From: Octopus bimaculoides
Lineage: Eukaryota
Assembly (NCBI RefSeq): GCF_001194135.2
Contig: NC_068981.1
Location: 101,417,440 to 101,481,439 of the forward strand
Direction of reading: 5' to 3'
Length of the DNA stretch: 64,000 nt
The notes under the pieces were generated by a model. That model made no database searches, was not told the DNA's origin, and saw nothing but the letters and a program-made list of their open reading frames with translations. The position numbers were made by a program, and so were the translations under genes. This document shows, in pieces, positions 11,237-22,425 of the stretch; positions within the stretch are counted from its first letter, which is position 1; every line of letters starts with the position of its first letter.

Positions 11237-11968
11237 NNNNNNNNNNNNNNNNNNNNNNNNNNNNNNNNNNNNNNNNNNNNNNNNNNNNNNNNNNNNNNNN
11301 NNNNNNNNNNNNNNNNNNNNNNNNNNNNNNNNNNNNNNNNNNNNNNNNNNNNNNNNNNNNNNNNNNNNNNNNNNNNNNNNNNNNNNNNNNNNNNNNNNNN
11401 NNNNNNNNNNNNNNNNNNNNNNNNNNNNNNNNNNNNNNNNNNNNNNNNNNNNNNNNNNNNNNNNNNNNNNNNNNNNNNNNNNNNNNNNNNNNNNNNNNNN
11501 NNNNNNNNNNNNNNNNNNNNNNNNNNNNNNNNNNNNNNNNNNNNNNNNNNNNNNNNNNNNNNNNNNNNNNNNNNNNNNNNNNNNNNNNNNNNNNNNNNNN
11601 NNNNNNNNNNNNNNNNNNNNNNNNNNNNNNNNNNNNNNNNNNNNNNNNNNNNNNNNNNNNNNNNNNNNNNNNNNNNNNNNNNNNNNNNNNNNNNNNNNNN
11701 NNNNNNNNNNNNNNNNNNNNNNNNNNNNNNNNNNNNNNNNNNNNNNNNNNNNNNNNNNNNNNNNNNNNNNNNNNNNNNNNNNNNNNNNNNNNNNNNNNNN
11801 NNNNNNNNNNNNNNNNNNNNNNNNNNNNNNNNNNNNNNNNNNNNNNNNNNNNNNNNNNNNNNNNNNNNNNNNNNNNNNNNNNNNNNNNNNNNNNNNNNNN
11901 NNNNNNNNNNNNNNNNNNNNNNNNNNNNNNNNNNNNNNNNNNNNNNNNNNNNNNNNNNNNNNNNNNNN
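11237..11968. other. Assembly gap in a TK2 intron
   Basis: Run of N. Confidence 1.
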
Positions 11969-12986
11969 ATTCAATGGATTTGTCCAAACTTTTTCATTAA
12001 TTTGACTGTGAATTTTCAGATAACCATAAAAAAAAATATTCCTGTAAAAACATATTATTCCTTGAACATCCCTTTTATTTACAAAAGATAATTTTCTACA
12101 ATAAATATCTTTAATTCTACTATGAAGAGATTTCTTGCTAGCATACATTCACTGGCAATAAATATCAACAGCCAACAAATATAGTGAACAGAGGTATAAT
12201 GGGTGGTAGAGATAACCCTTGTTTGGTGTATCGTTACTTGATTTTTATGTACCTTTAGTAGAGACTGCACTCTTCCAAGCATTAGGGCCTCTGATTTGAA
12301 GATGACTCCCTCCCTACTTCCTATTCAGATATACTGTATGTAGAACTAAGCCACTGAAAGTAATAATAAAATACTGTTTACATAGACAAATGACTGTAAT
12401 ATGTAGCACAATAAATTTATTGCAGTTCTCTGAAGAAGTTTCATCTGAAGAATTTTCTTATGGTCAAATAGACAGCTGACTTAGTTTTAACTATAAATAT
12501 GTCTGTATTAATACATTTAATGTAGTGAGCATTAAAAAGTATGCTATGAGAATGAGGAAAGCAAACAAAAAAAAGAATAAAGGAATAGTTTAGTGTCTTT
12601 TGAAGTGATATATGTTGAAAATTATACATTTTGGTGTGAAACACTTCTTTGAGAGAAAATTAATATATCCATAATTTTAAATTCCTTTTCTACTTTTTAT
12701 TGGATTTTTTTTTATTTCCTTTCTTTCCCCACCTACTTTTCATCATTTGCAGTTTATGTGCTAAGATATTTCAGTTTTCCAAAATAGCTTCTTATTTTGT
12801 CTGTACAAAATGACTGGATTGTTGGGGGGGGGGACACTTCCCCCTCTCAGTAGGGTGCATGTTATACCTATTGGAACAGTTTAAGTTCAGAACTCCAGAC
12901 TAATGAAAGCCACTTTATACTGCTTCTGAACTAAAGTGTTTGCATTTCAAGATCTCTAATTATGGCAAGATGAACTGGTTTATTAA

Positions 12987-13207
12987 CCCTTTAGCATTCA
13001 GATTACTCTGCCACGTGTAATGCTTATTTAGTCACATTGTTTTCAATTAATTATGGCTTATATTGTAGATTCAAGATTTTGATGACATGATTGTTTATTT
13101 TTTAGAATGACATAGTAGGGTACATGTGAGAGGCAAAATTTGGCTGATTTAAACATAAAACAAGTAGAATATTAGGACTGGACATAGCTGGCTTAAATGC
13201 TAAAGAG
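12987..13207 (+). mobile_element. ~220-bp TTAA-flanked MITE (piggyBac-like termini)
   Basis: TTAA-ccctttagcattc...aatgctaaagag-TTAA. Other copies at ~36830(-), 44590(-), 45187(+), 45414(-), 49215, 49955, 59440 and 60595(-). Confidence 0.75.
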
Positions 13208-13315
13208 TTAAAGGAGTGTCCAATGCATTTGCCATGAACTTTTGGTAGTAGGTAGGCACAAGTTAGTCATTTATAATTTGCAGTATTTTGTAATTTCTTA
13301 TTCTCATCTTTTCAG

Positions 13316-13405
13316 GATCTGATGTACAAGGACCCTTCTCGTTGGGGATTTACTTTCCAGTCTTATGTCCAGCTCACAATGCTACAAAATCATATGAGTA
13401 AATGT
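13316..13405 (+). CDS. TK2: TK2/dNK exon DLMYKDPSRWGFTFQSYVQLTMLQNHMSKC
   Basis: ttttcAG / GTAAGT. Matches LMYxDxxRWxxxFQxYVQLTML of TK2 and Drosophila dNK. Confidence 0.96.
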
Positions 13406-13960
13406 GTAAGTAAATACCAAATATGCTTCACACTTGCTGCAAGTTTTTGGCTCCAAACTTAAGATTTAAGTTACGAAGTTTTTAACAACTTACCTTGCTA
13501 ACTGTCATGTAATTGTTTCCTTCCAGTCCTGAGACACCACTTGTCCTTACCATTCATTGCTTATCTTTCAGTATCTGGAAGACAAAGAAAGAGGTGAGAG
13601 GAAACAAACAGAAACAACTCCACCTTGAATATATTTCACTTCTCTATTCCTCTAGCTACTACTGGGTTTAGTCACCTGGTTTACAAAAACTATCTACTAC
13701 ATTATCTAACAAATAGTCAGAATGTTTCACTTATTGGTTATACCTTTCATTGATGTATACCTCTGATGATAAAACTTGTCTCTGTCTTTTGCACCTGTAC
13801 AAGAGATAAATAAATATTAATCACTTTTATTTTGCTGATTAAAATCTGTCAACAAAATTGAAGCTTACTTGCTAAACTAAGCTCTTTATGCAAACATTTT
13901 TTTGTAATGTGTATTACTTAGATTTTAATTTCTAAGTAATTCATCTATTTTTTTTTCCAG

Positions 13961-14034
13961 GCTAAACCAGTACAAATGATGGAGAGGTCTATTTATAGTG
14001 CAAAATATGTTTTTGTAGAGAATTTGTATAAAAG
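13961..14034 (+). CDS. TK2: TK2/dNK exon AKPVQMMERSIYSAKYVFVENLYK(S)
   Basis: tttccAG / GTAGTT, ERS motif, ends in phase 2. Confidence 0.96.
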
Positions 14035-15687
14035 GTAGTTCATACAACGTTTTCTTCTTTGAAACCCTTTTCTTTATCATCATTTGTTTGAATAAGCTTG
14101 TCAAATGTTTCCCTTTTGATTGCTGTGTAAGATAGTTGAGTACAGTTACAGAATTTTCTTGTGAGTTGCATCTTGCTTTTGTGGATAGGGACACCAACTG
14201 ATCAGGCTGAAATATTTTTGCCATCCCCAAAGAAACTAGGTTTATTATAGTTTTGGCAATATTATATATGTAAAATTGCTTTAAAAGATTATCAAAGATT
14301 GTCATTTAAAGTAAATCTTATCTACAAAGTTCTTCTGCTAGACATGGCCTGATGCTTTGCTAATGTAATTTGCTTTTCCCACTTTTACTGAAATTCTTAC
14401 TGATCTATGACAGACGAGAGTAAGTTTCACTTACTTACTCTGATACTACAGAAACCATACTGATGTTCAGTGAAAAGTGAGAAATAGAGAGATTCAAAAT
14501 TATGAAGGAGTTTGTTTGCAACTGTCTTCACTGCATTTTGAGATGGTTGAACTGGGTGCAGATTGACAGTTATCAGTCAAAGAAGTTACATTTCTTGGGA
14601 ATGAATTCCATTATATAATGAGTATTTGTTTTATTGATCTTGGCAGAATGAAAGACATATCTAATTGTAACAAGGTTTAAACTCAGAACATTGAAGTATG
14701 AAACTAAATATAATAAAGATTTGATTCAGAAGCTCTCTACACTTTTTTTCAGCTTACACCTACATTTCTCTAATATTAAATGTAAATGTGAACATAAAAT
14801 GGGTAGGATATTTTGATAGATAGTAAAAAAAATGTGATTTATGAAGGTACTTTAATGTATATCTCTTACTAATCACTTTATGAATGATGTGGGTTTAAAA
14901 CTCACCTTTTTCTTTTCCAGACCATATGTACCCAATGTCTACATTTACATTAAATTTATTCTTTGATCAGTTCCAGCTGAATAATATATTTATATAAATT
15001 GAACCTACTGTCAGTTCAGTTGAGCTCAGTATATTATTAGTACTTATGTTATTAATATATGAAGACTGAAAACAAGTACAGCCACAATGTGATTTGAACT
15101 TAAAATATGGAGGATAGAAACTAAAGGCTGCACAGTGCTGTTGAAGTGTTTTTGTCATTCCTCCACCTTAAGAACGACAATGAATAATTATTGCTCACAG
15201 TGTTACAATGTTGTAGATGTCTAAGGTAGTGGTTTCACCAGTTTTAACAAACCTATCTCATACTTATTGTATTGATCCTGGAAGGAAGATAGACAAAATC
15301 AACTTCTGTAGAATTAAAGATTGATATTTGTAAGTCATTCAGCCTAATGCTTTACTGATCCAGATACCCTATTGTCATTTTGAGCATCAACAATGAAAAT
15401 GGGGGAATGCTCTTTGTGGTTGCTCATTCTTCTAGGAATAACAGCCAAATTACCATCAGATCACACTCTGCCATCTTGGAAAAGGAACCACACATTTGAT
15501 ATTGTCATTGAAAAAGATGGGTGATGAAGGCTAGAATATCAGATCTGCTTGATGAATGATGAGGCTAATCAGTAGGAATATAAAATAATCCATTCAAATA
15601 CCATTGTAAAACTAATAAGTACAATAACTTGTTACTTTATGTTACCATTGTGCTGTGTTTCATGTTTGTTAATTCTCTTTCTGACAG

Positions 15688-15776
15688 TGGTTTAATGCCA
15701 GGTGCGGACTATGAAGTTTTAACTGAGTGGTTTAACTGGGCTACCAACAATCTTGACTTTCATGTTGATCAAATTA
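15688..15776 (+). CDS. TK2: TK2/dNK exon GLMPGADYEVLTEWFNWATNNLDFHVDQI
   Basis: ctgacAG / GTGAGT, phases consistent with neighbouring exons. Confidence 0.93.
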
Positions 15777-16190
15777 GTGAGTTATATTTTTCACTGATCT
15801 TATAATCTTTTGACAGAATTAATTGTATCTGGTTTATAACTTGGTACATGACCACAAATTTCTAGGGAATTGAATATATTCTGTCGCACTGATCTCTGTA
15901 TGTTTCTAATACTTGTGAACTGACTATGTTGAGCTAATAGACAAAATAAAAACTGGTAAAATTTTTAGCTCAAAACATAAAGATATGTAGTGAAACATAG
16001 CTCAGGCATGACTGTGTAGTAAGAAGCTTGCTTCCCAATTACATGCATGGAGCCTTGGGCAAGTGTCTTCTGTTATTGCCCTGGGTCATCCAAAGCCTTG
16101 TGAGTGGGTTTTGTAGCCAGAAATTGGAAGAAGTCTATTATATATATATATATATATATNNNNNNNNNNAAGATACGAGAATTTTTATTA

Positions 16191-16296
16191 ATCGCAACAA
16201 TTGTTTCAACACATCTAGCATTGATCCCTCATGGGTAGGATACTTAACAACTAGTTCAGGAGCATCCAACAGTGCAGATGTATCTCTTCAGATGAT
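16191..16296 (-). ncRNA. Type I hammerhead with an extended stem II, CpG-decayed
   Basis: Reverse complement: atcat CTGAAGA GATACATCT GCA [52 nt] TGC t AGATGTGTT GAA AC AATT GT T gcgat. The lesions (G10.1.U, GUU site, one stem I mismatch) each revert by a CpG transition. Confidence 0.7.
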
Positions 16297-17041
16297 AAAT
16301 AGATATAACTCATTAAAATAACAGTTCGGCAATGTATCTTCTCATTTCATATAAAGAAAAGCAGCAAAACAAAAGATATATCTTTATTTATATAGAAGAT
16401 CAAAAATAAAATAACAGATGCAAAAAAGAAATGAATATGCAATGCAGTGAGAAAAGTATTAAAAATAACCGTTAACGGATGCCCTTGCGCAAGCTGCATG
16501 GCTCACGAAGATGAAAGCATACACACATGTGTGGTTTGATGCACACACATTCACAGAGCAAATTAAATAACTACTCAATGTTTATAAGAATGGGGATGTT
16601 AAAGCTAAACTTAACACATCCATACCTTAAAGTAAATTATGTTAACAGTTACTCAAATTCATTCCCGCTGCATTGTGCAAAAGCATGTAGGCATCTTGAG
16701 AGTTTTTCAGAGGTTCATCAGTGGGTATTGATTTCTGTCTGCATGAGCATTTATATTTATTTATATATATGGCAGTTCTGACTTCATTTTCTGACAGTGT
16801 TACCATTATAGCTATATCATAATCATTTCTACTATCACAGTTTGGCCGTACTTGTTGCTTTCCATTGTGGTTTACATCTCCTTTATTGATATTTAGATAT
16901 ATATCTTTGCTATATCCAGTAGGTGGCAGATTCTGCCACAAATATAACATAAGGAAGCAATGTAATTATTTTGGTTTTTAGTGTTGATATAAATTTGTTA
17001 AAAATGGTTTATCCTTTATGTTGGAAATCTATATGGTCATC

Positions 17042-17128
17042 TACAACTGAGGAGAGCAGTTTCTTTCAAATTGATGTAATGTTTTCATTGATCAATTAAA
17101 TGAAGCCGCTCGAAATGGCTGTAATGTA
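17042..17128 (+). ncRNA. Type I hammerhead with a long stem II, decayed
   Basis: tacaa CTGAGGA GAGC agtttc..aattgat..aatg tttt catt..atcaatt..gaagcc GCTC GAA AT GGCT GT A atgta. Stem III reverts to ACGGCCGT by two CpG transitions. The first stem I pair is mismatched. Confidence 0.7.
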
Positions 17129-18084
17129 TTGATATTTGGACATCCTGGTTACTTATATATATATATATAGAATAATTTGATTGCATGCGTGTACATGTAT
17201 CCTTGTCTTAACATTGTGTGATAGTTGTTGTAAATGAGTGTCACTGTCATACAAGCAGTGTCATTCTTTCCCAATGTTCTGCAAAATATATATCTGGCCA
17301 TGGGGAAATATTGCTTGCTTGGAAACAGGTGAGGGTTGGTAATAGGAAGGGTATCCAGCTGTAGAAAATCTGCCTCAAATATACTCTGCTTGACCCATGA
17401 AGGCATGTAAAAGTGAATATTAAATGACGACAACAACAGCGGCAGCGACGATGACGACCTCTTCCTCTTCCTCCTTTCATATGGAGAAATTAATAATAAT
17501 TTCTTAGTTGGAGACAAGGCCACATATTTGATGGGTGGGTGGGTGTATTGGTTGATTCCACTCCAGTACATGATAAGTAGTTGACATTGGAGAAATGAAA
17601 GATGGAATCAAATCATCTCAAATGAAGAACTGCAAAATAGATGCTCAAAAGTGTTTTGGTTAGAGCTCTACTTTATCTACATGTTAATTGTTAAAGATAC
17701 TTTGTTACTGTTGATTGCATCAACCAATATTGATTTTACCTTGTGTGATAAGAGGAGTAAAAAACCAAAGTTGACCTCAGTTGGATATCGAAATCAAAAC
17801 TTAGAGTTATAAAGATATTTGGTCCATTACTCTGCTGTTTTTTTTTTTCTTTTTTTTTTTTTATCAAATCCTGCAATCTTGCCATTTCCCCTTTGTATTG
17901 AAAAACAGGTTTGAAGGCACAGTATTGCAATATTTTAGTTTGCAGCGAACTAACTCTGACCTGTAGTAAAGTGAGTGTTACCAAAGTTAATGTAGTAAGA
18001 ATAGTTTCAAAAAAACTCTGCATAGAATTTTGGTTTATTACAATATTTAACATTTAATTTTATCAAACATTTTTGCTATTCCAG

Positions 18085-18164
18085 TTTATCTTAGATGCCA
18101 TCCAGAAACAGCACTTGAAAGAATTAAGAAACGAAACAGAAAAGAGGAACTAAATATAACTTTG
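18085..18164 (+). CDS. TK2: TK2/dNK LID exon (I)YLRCHPETALERIKKRNRKEELNITL
   Basis: ttccAG / GTTTGT, YLRxxPE..RIxxRxRxEE LID motif. Confidence 0.96.
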
Positions 18165-18594
18165 GTTTGTAATTTTATTTCAGTAATATGTTTTCATTTG
18201 TTATTATTTGTGTCACTGATTCTGAGTGATAGGCCAACTGGCACTTTAAAATCTCTATCTGTTTCACTAATATTAGCAGAAGATGATTCTAGTCTTACAC
18301 ATTGACATATTTGGAGTAGTGTTCTCATCTTGGTTGTTATAAGTCAGTCACAGTTTTTTTAGCCATTATATGTCCCAGCCACTTTTAAGTGTTTGATAAT
18401 TTAGTAATGTTCCCAAAATTTTCAACTGAACCCTTTATTCATTCCCAGGAGTAGATTTTTAAATTTTATTTTATTGTCCATACCAAGGATATTATCTTTT
18501 TAGTTATTCTCCTATGTGTAATGTCACCTGAACCAGCATATATACTGTTTGACTGGCCCAGTAATTGAAGTACAGGTCAATGGAATAGTAAAGA

Positions 18595-18815
18595 TAATTG
18601 ATTTCAAATTGTAGCACAAGGCCAGCAGTTTTGGAGGAGGGGGTAAATTGATTACTATCAATCTCAATACTCAACTGATACTCATTTTATTGACCCCGTA
18701 ATGGTGAAAGGCAAAATCAACCTTGGCAGAATTTGAACTCAGAACATAAAGACAGATGAAATACTGCTAAGCATTTTGCCTGGCATGCTAATGATTCTGC
18801 CAGCTCATCACCTTA
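18595..18815 (-). mobile_element. SINE family A copy
   Basis: Same diagnostic blocks. Other copies at ~35540(-), 51855(-), 53350(-), 58612(+) and 58846(+). Confidence 0.75.
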
Positions 18816-19217
18816 ATAGTAAATATAATTGACAATTAAGTTAATAGTATTAATAACAATAATGAACTTATTGTATACAGTGCTCAGTTGCACTACAACT
18901 TGTTAGAAAAGAGTAAAAGAGGGGATAAAAGGCAGCTATATATTTGGTTGATAATTGTTGCAGGTTAAGCAACCAACTCTTTAGTCAAAACTTAAGACCA
19001 TTTTCCATTACAGAAAGGGATAGTCATACAAATTAATTTAAGCTTTCCAAACTTTGGGGGAAAACCAGGTGAAAAAAGGTAACCTTTTTAGTAGTTCCCT
19101 GAAAAATTAATCTGAAGAATCTTTTATTTGTGACTATTCTGTTTCTGCAATGCATATCTAACATCTTTATATTTTTACTTTTGTGTCTTTATCTTTTATT
19201 TATAAATTCATTTCCAG

Positions 19218-19295
19218 GAATATCTCCAATCTTTACATGAACGACAAGAAGAGTGGCTCATAGATGGTTGTTATGGAAAACATACAGAAGTCCTG
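19218..19295 (+). CDS. TK2: TK2/dNK exon EYLQSLHERQEEWLIDGCYGKHTEVL
   Basis: tttccAG / GTACGT, EYLxxLHxxxEEWL motif. Confidence 0.95.
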
Positions 19296-19511
19296 GTACG
19301 TATGTTGTGTGTGTGCATGCGTAAGCCTGTAAATTGTTTTTACATTTTTTCACGTATATTAGATTGCAGTCATACTGGGTTACCACAATCACATTTATAT
19401 ATGCATACACTCAGACACCTGTTTATATTGTTTTTTCCTATTGTATACACTTTCTTTACATTTCAGTTAATACAAATGCTTCTTCTTTTTCTTTTTTGTT
19501 TTTTTTTCCAG

Positions 19512-19589
19512 GTTTTGGATGCTGAACAAGATCTAAAAAGCATGTTGGAAGTTTTTGAAAATTCTCGAAATAAGATCTTATGTCTGTAA
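19512..19589 (+). CDS. TK2: TK2/dNK last coding exon VLDAEQDLKSMLEVFENSRNKILCL*
   Basis: tttccAG acceptor, VLxxDA motif, TAA at 19587-19589. Confidence 0.93.
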   Translation, partial: VLDAEQDLKSMLEVFENSRNKILCL

Positions 19590-21822
19590 ATGAAAGACAT
19601 ATAAATCTACTGCCGTAACTTTTAACACTCAATTTCTATGTCAGATGTGCTAGATTTATACAGCAATCCAGCAGAGGATTTGGGATCAATGTAGTGGAGT
19701 ATGTTTATGTTTGTTTCGTGTCTGTTTGAATTTAGTGGACAAAATAGTGGTTATAAAATGAGATTATGGCATTCAAGTGATTATGAGATTATGGCATGGT
19801 TTCTATGGCTGGATGCCCTTCCTAACACCAACCACTCTGAGAGAGTAATGGGTGCTTTTACGTGCCAGGTCCAAAGTGCATTTTTATCACCCAAAGAAAA
19901 AAATATTGAAGTACTGAAATTCTTGCAGCACAAAACTTCCATTTAATTTGATGCCCACTTTTGTCTGCACACAGAATAACTAAACTAGAAAATCATGGAA
20001 CAAATCCAGTTAGTTTTGCTCAAAGATCTCCGTGATTAACAAATGTTTAGACATCCTCCTTCTTTAGTCAATGTATCCATTACAGCATTAAAGACACATC
20101 TAACTAAGTTACGTCACTGGAAAGGGTAAAAATATTTACTGGGCCTCTGTAGCTCATTTGTTATACTTGGCATCATTTTAGGGTTCCATCCACATGAAGT
20201 GTTGTTTTAAAGCAAGGATCAGTTTCATCCTGTCATCATTTGGTATGTCCATTAGCTTGTCAATCTAGTCAAACTCCATTTTAGCCAGGCAGTCATTATT
20301 TTGTCAGTTAAAGAGAAAGGGTTGAGAAATCCAAGAAAGGAAGCTCATTTGCTTCAGATCAATGAATTTGTTGCTTAGATATTCTTTGAGCTGGAGAGGT
20401 GTTCTGAGATTGATTGTAAGACATTTTGTGATGAATCATATTTATTGAAATGTGTGAAGTGAGAGTGGTTATTTCTCAAAGCATTTTAAAAACAGTTTGC
20501 TGATGAAAATCTTTTGTTCATCTTGCAGTACCTTATTTAATTTATTCAATTTACTAAAAAATCAGAAAGATAGAAAATTGAGATTTACACACACACACAT
20601 ACACTCGTGTGTGTGCTGGTGCTACATAAAAAGCTCCCAGTACACTCTGTAAAGTAGTTGGCATTAGGAAGGGAGCCTGGTGCAGCTTCCAGCCTTATCA
20701 GCTCTTGTCAAACCCTCCAACCCATGCCAGCATGGAAAACAGATGTTGATTGCTGATAATATACGGAGTATATTTTTTATCCAGTTTGGAGTTCCTCTCC
20801 TGACTAGAATTCCTCCCTACAAAATCTGAAGCAAATTAAGTACCCTACCCAAAGACGGTGAAACTTGTACAGTTGACATCAAGTAATAATTCTCCATTAG
20901 TTTCAACAATTAGCATGTAGTTGTTTGACCAACAGAATGGCCTACTCATTGATTTAGCATTTAAGTGGCTGAGTATTCCACAGATACATATACTCTTGAC
21001 ATAATTCTCAGTTGACTGTGACAATGTTGAACCATGTTAAATTACTGGTACAATCCACACAGTTTCTATCTGCCCAATTTCACTCACACGGCTTGGGTCA
21101 CCTCAAGACTTTGGTAAAAGACATTTACCCTAGATTATAACATAGTGGGATCAAACCCATAACCTCATGAGTGTGAAGTGAACTTCTTAACCACTTAACC
21201 ATGCTGTGTTTCATTGATATCAGCTCCTACTCAGGAAGTAACAGTTTGACATTTCTATTCACTCACCCATGCCATTTGTAAATAATAATAATTTGTCCCA
21301 CCCATGCCAGCATGGAAGGCAAACGTTAAACGTGTTGGAAGATTGCAATTGTTGCTGCTTAGCTCCAAATCAAGCAGATCTATAATCAAATGCCTTCCAG
21401 TTCATCTTTCTGCATATCCAGAACCACATTACCAAATGTTTTTTCTCGTATTTATTTTTCTTTTGAGACATCAAAGTGTATTTGAAAGAGATTTTTGGCT
21501 GTTATTTCTACCAAGTTGACTGATCATATAAAAGATACTTCAGCTCATAAAATTTGTCTTTGTTTTCTTTTTCTTAAATACTGAAATTATTTTTTCTGAG
21601 TTCAAATACCAGCAAGATAGATAAACTTATAGACTTTGCCTTTCACCCTTTCCAGGTTAGTAAAATAAGTAGTAGAGGAAAATTCAGGGAGAGACAGAGG
21701 AGAGAAGAAAGAAGAAAAGAAAAGAGTAAAAAGAGACAGGAATAAAAATTTAAAAAAACTCTTGGATTATGCTCACATTTTCAATCTCTGACTACACTCC
21801 CACACACACATATATATATATA

Positions 21823-22425
21823 CAGAGTGTCCCAAAATTAAGGCAACCAACTTTTTTCAGTTTTGCCAAAGCAAAATAGTTATATTTCAGGTCTGGGCAT
21901 TGCAATGCAATGATAAAGGAATACAATTATGACACTACCACATTTATTCTATATGACCACCTCTGTTTCAAATCACAGCCTTAAGTCTAGTGTGAATGCT
22001 TCACATGCAGCATGCAATTGTTCTTGTAGAATCAAAGCCCATTCCTGGTACAGTTTTACCTTTAGAGTGTTGAGTGAAAGCATGAGTGCTTGAGACCCTT
22101 GTCTCCAAAATGGACCAAACAGAAAAATTCAACAGGTTGAGAGCAGGACTTCTTGAGGGCCATACATCCTTGCCTATGAACGATAGAATGTTTTTTCTGA
22201 ACCCAGAAAAACACTCGCCCATAGAAGCAGTTTAACTTCTAGAATGTCACTAATGCATTGTTGGATGTTAATTTTAATACCTGAGAGTGCACAAAAAGGA
22301 GAGGAGACCTTCCAGTGGCTGTCACAGCCACCCAAACCATAACTGACTGGATTTTGATGTCAATTTACGAGTCTACCCTCAATGGAGCCAGATACACTCC
22401 AAAGTCAGTCCTTTCATAAGGGAGG
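21823..22425 (-). mobile_element. DD37D (maT-like) mariner remnant, 3' half
   Basis: TA + TIR cagagtgtcccaaaattaaggcaac at 21823. Protein fragments SVMVWVAVTATGRSPLLFV..GIKIN and FIGKDVWPSRSPALNLLNFSVWSILETRV. Confidence 0.75.

Noticed and set aside
5632-12148. Long ORFs with X runs or IYIY/CVCV/HTHT tracts
   Set aside because: Artefacts of N-gaps and dinucleotide microsatellites.
14340-14410. Intronic C/D snoRNA
   Set aside because: No RUGAUGA C box and no terminal stem.
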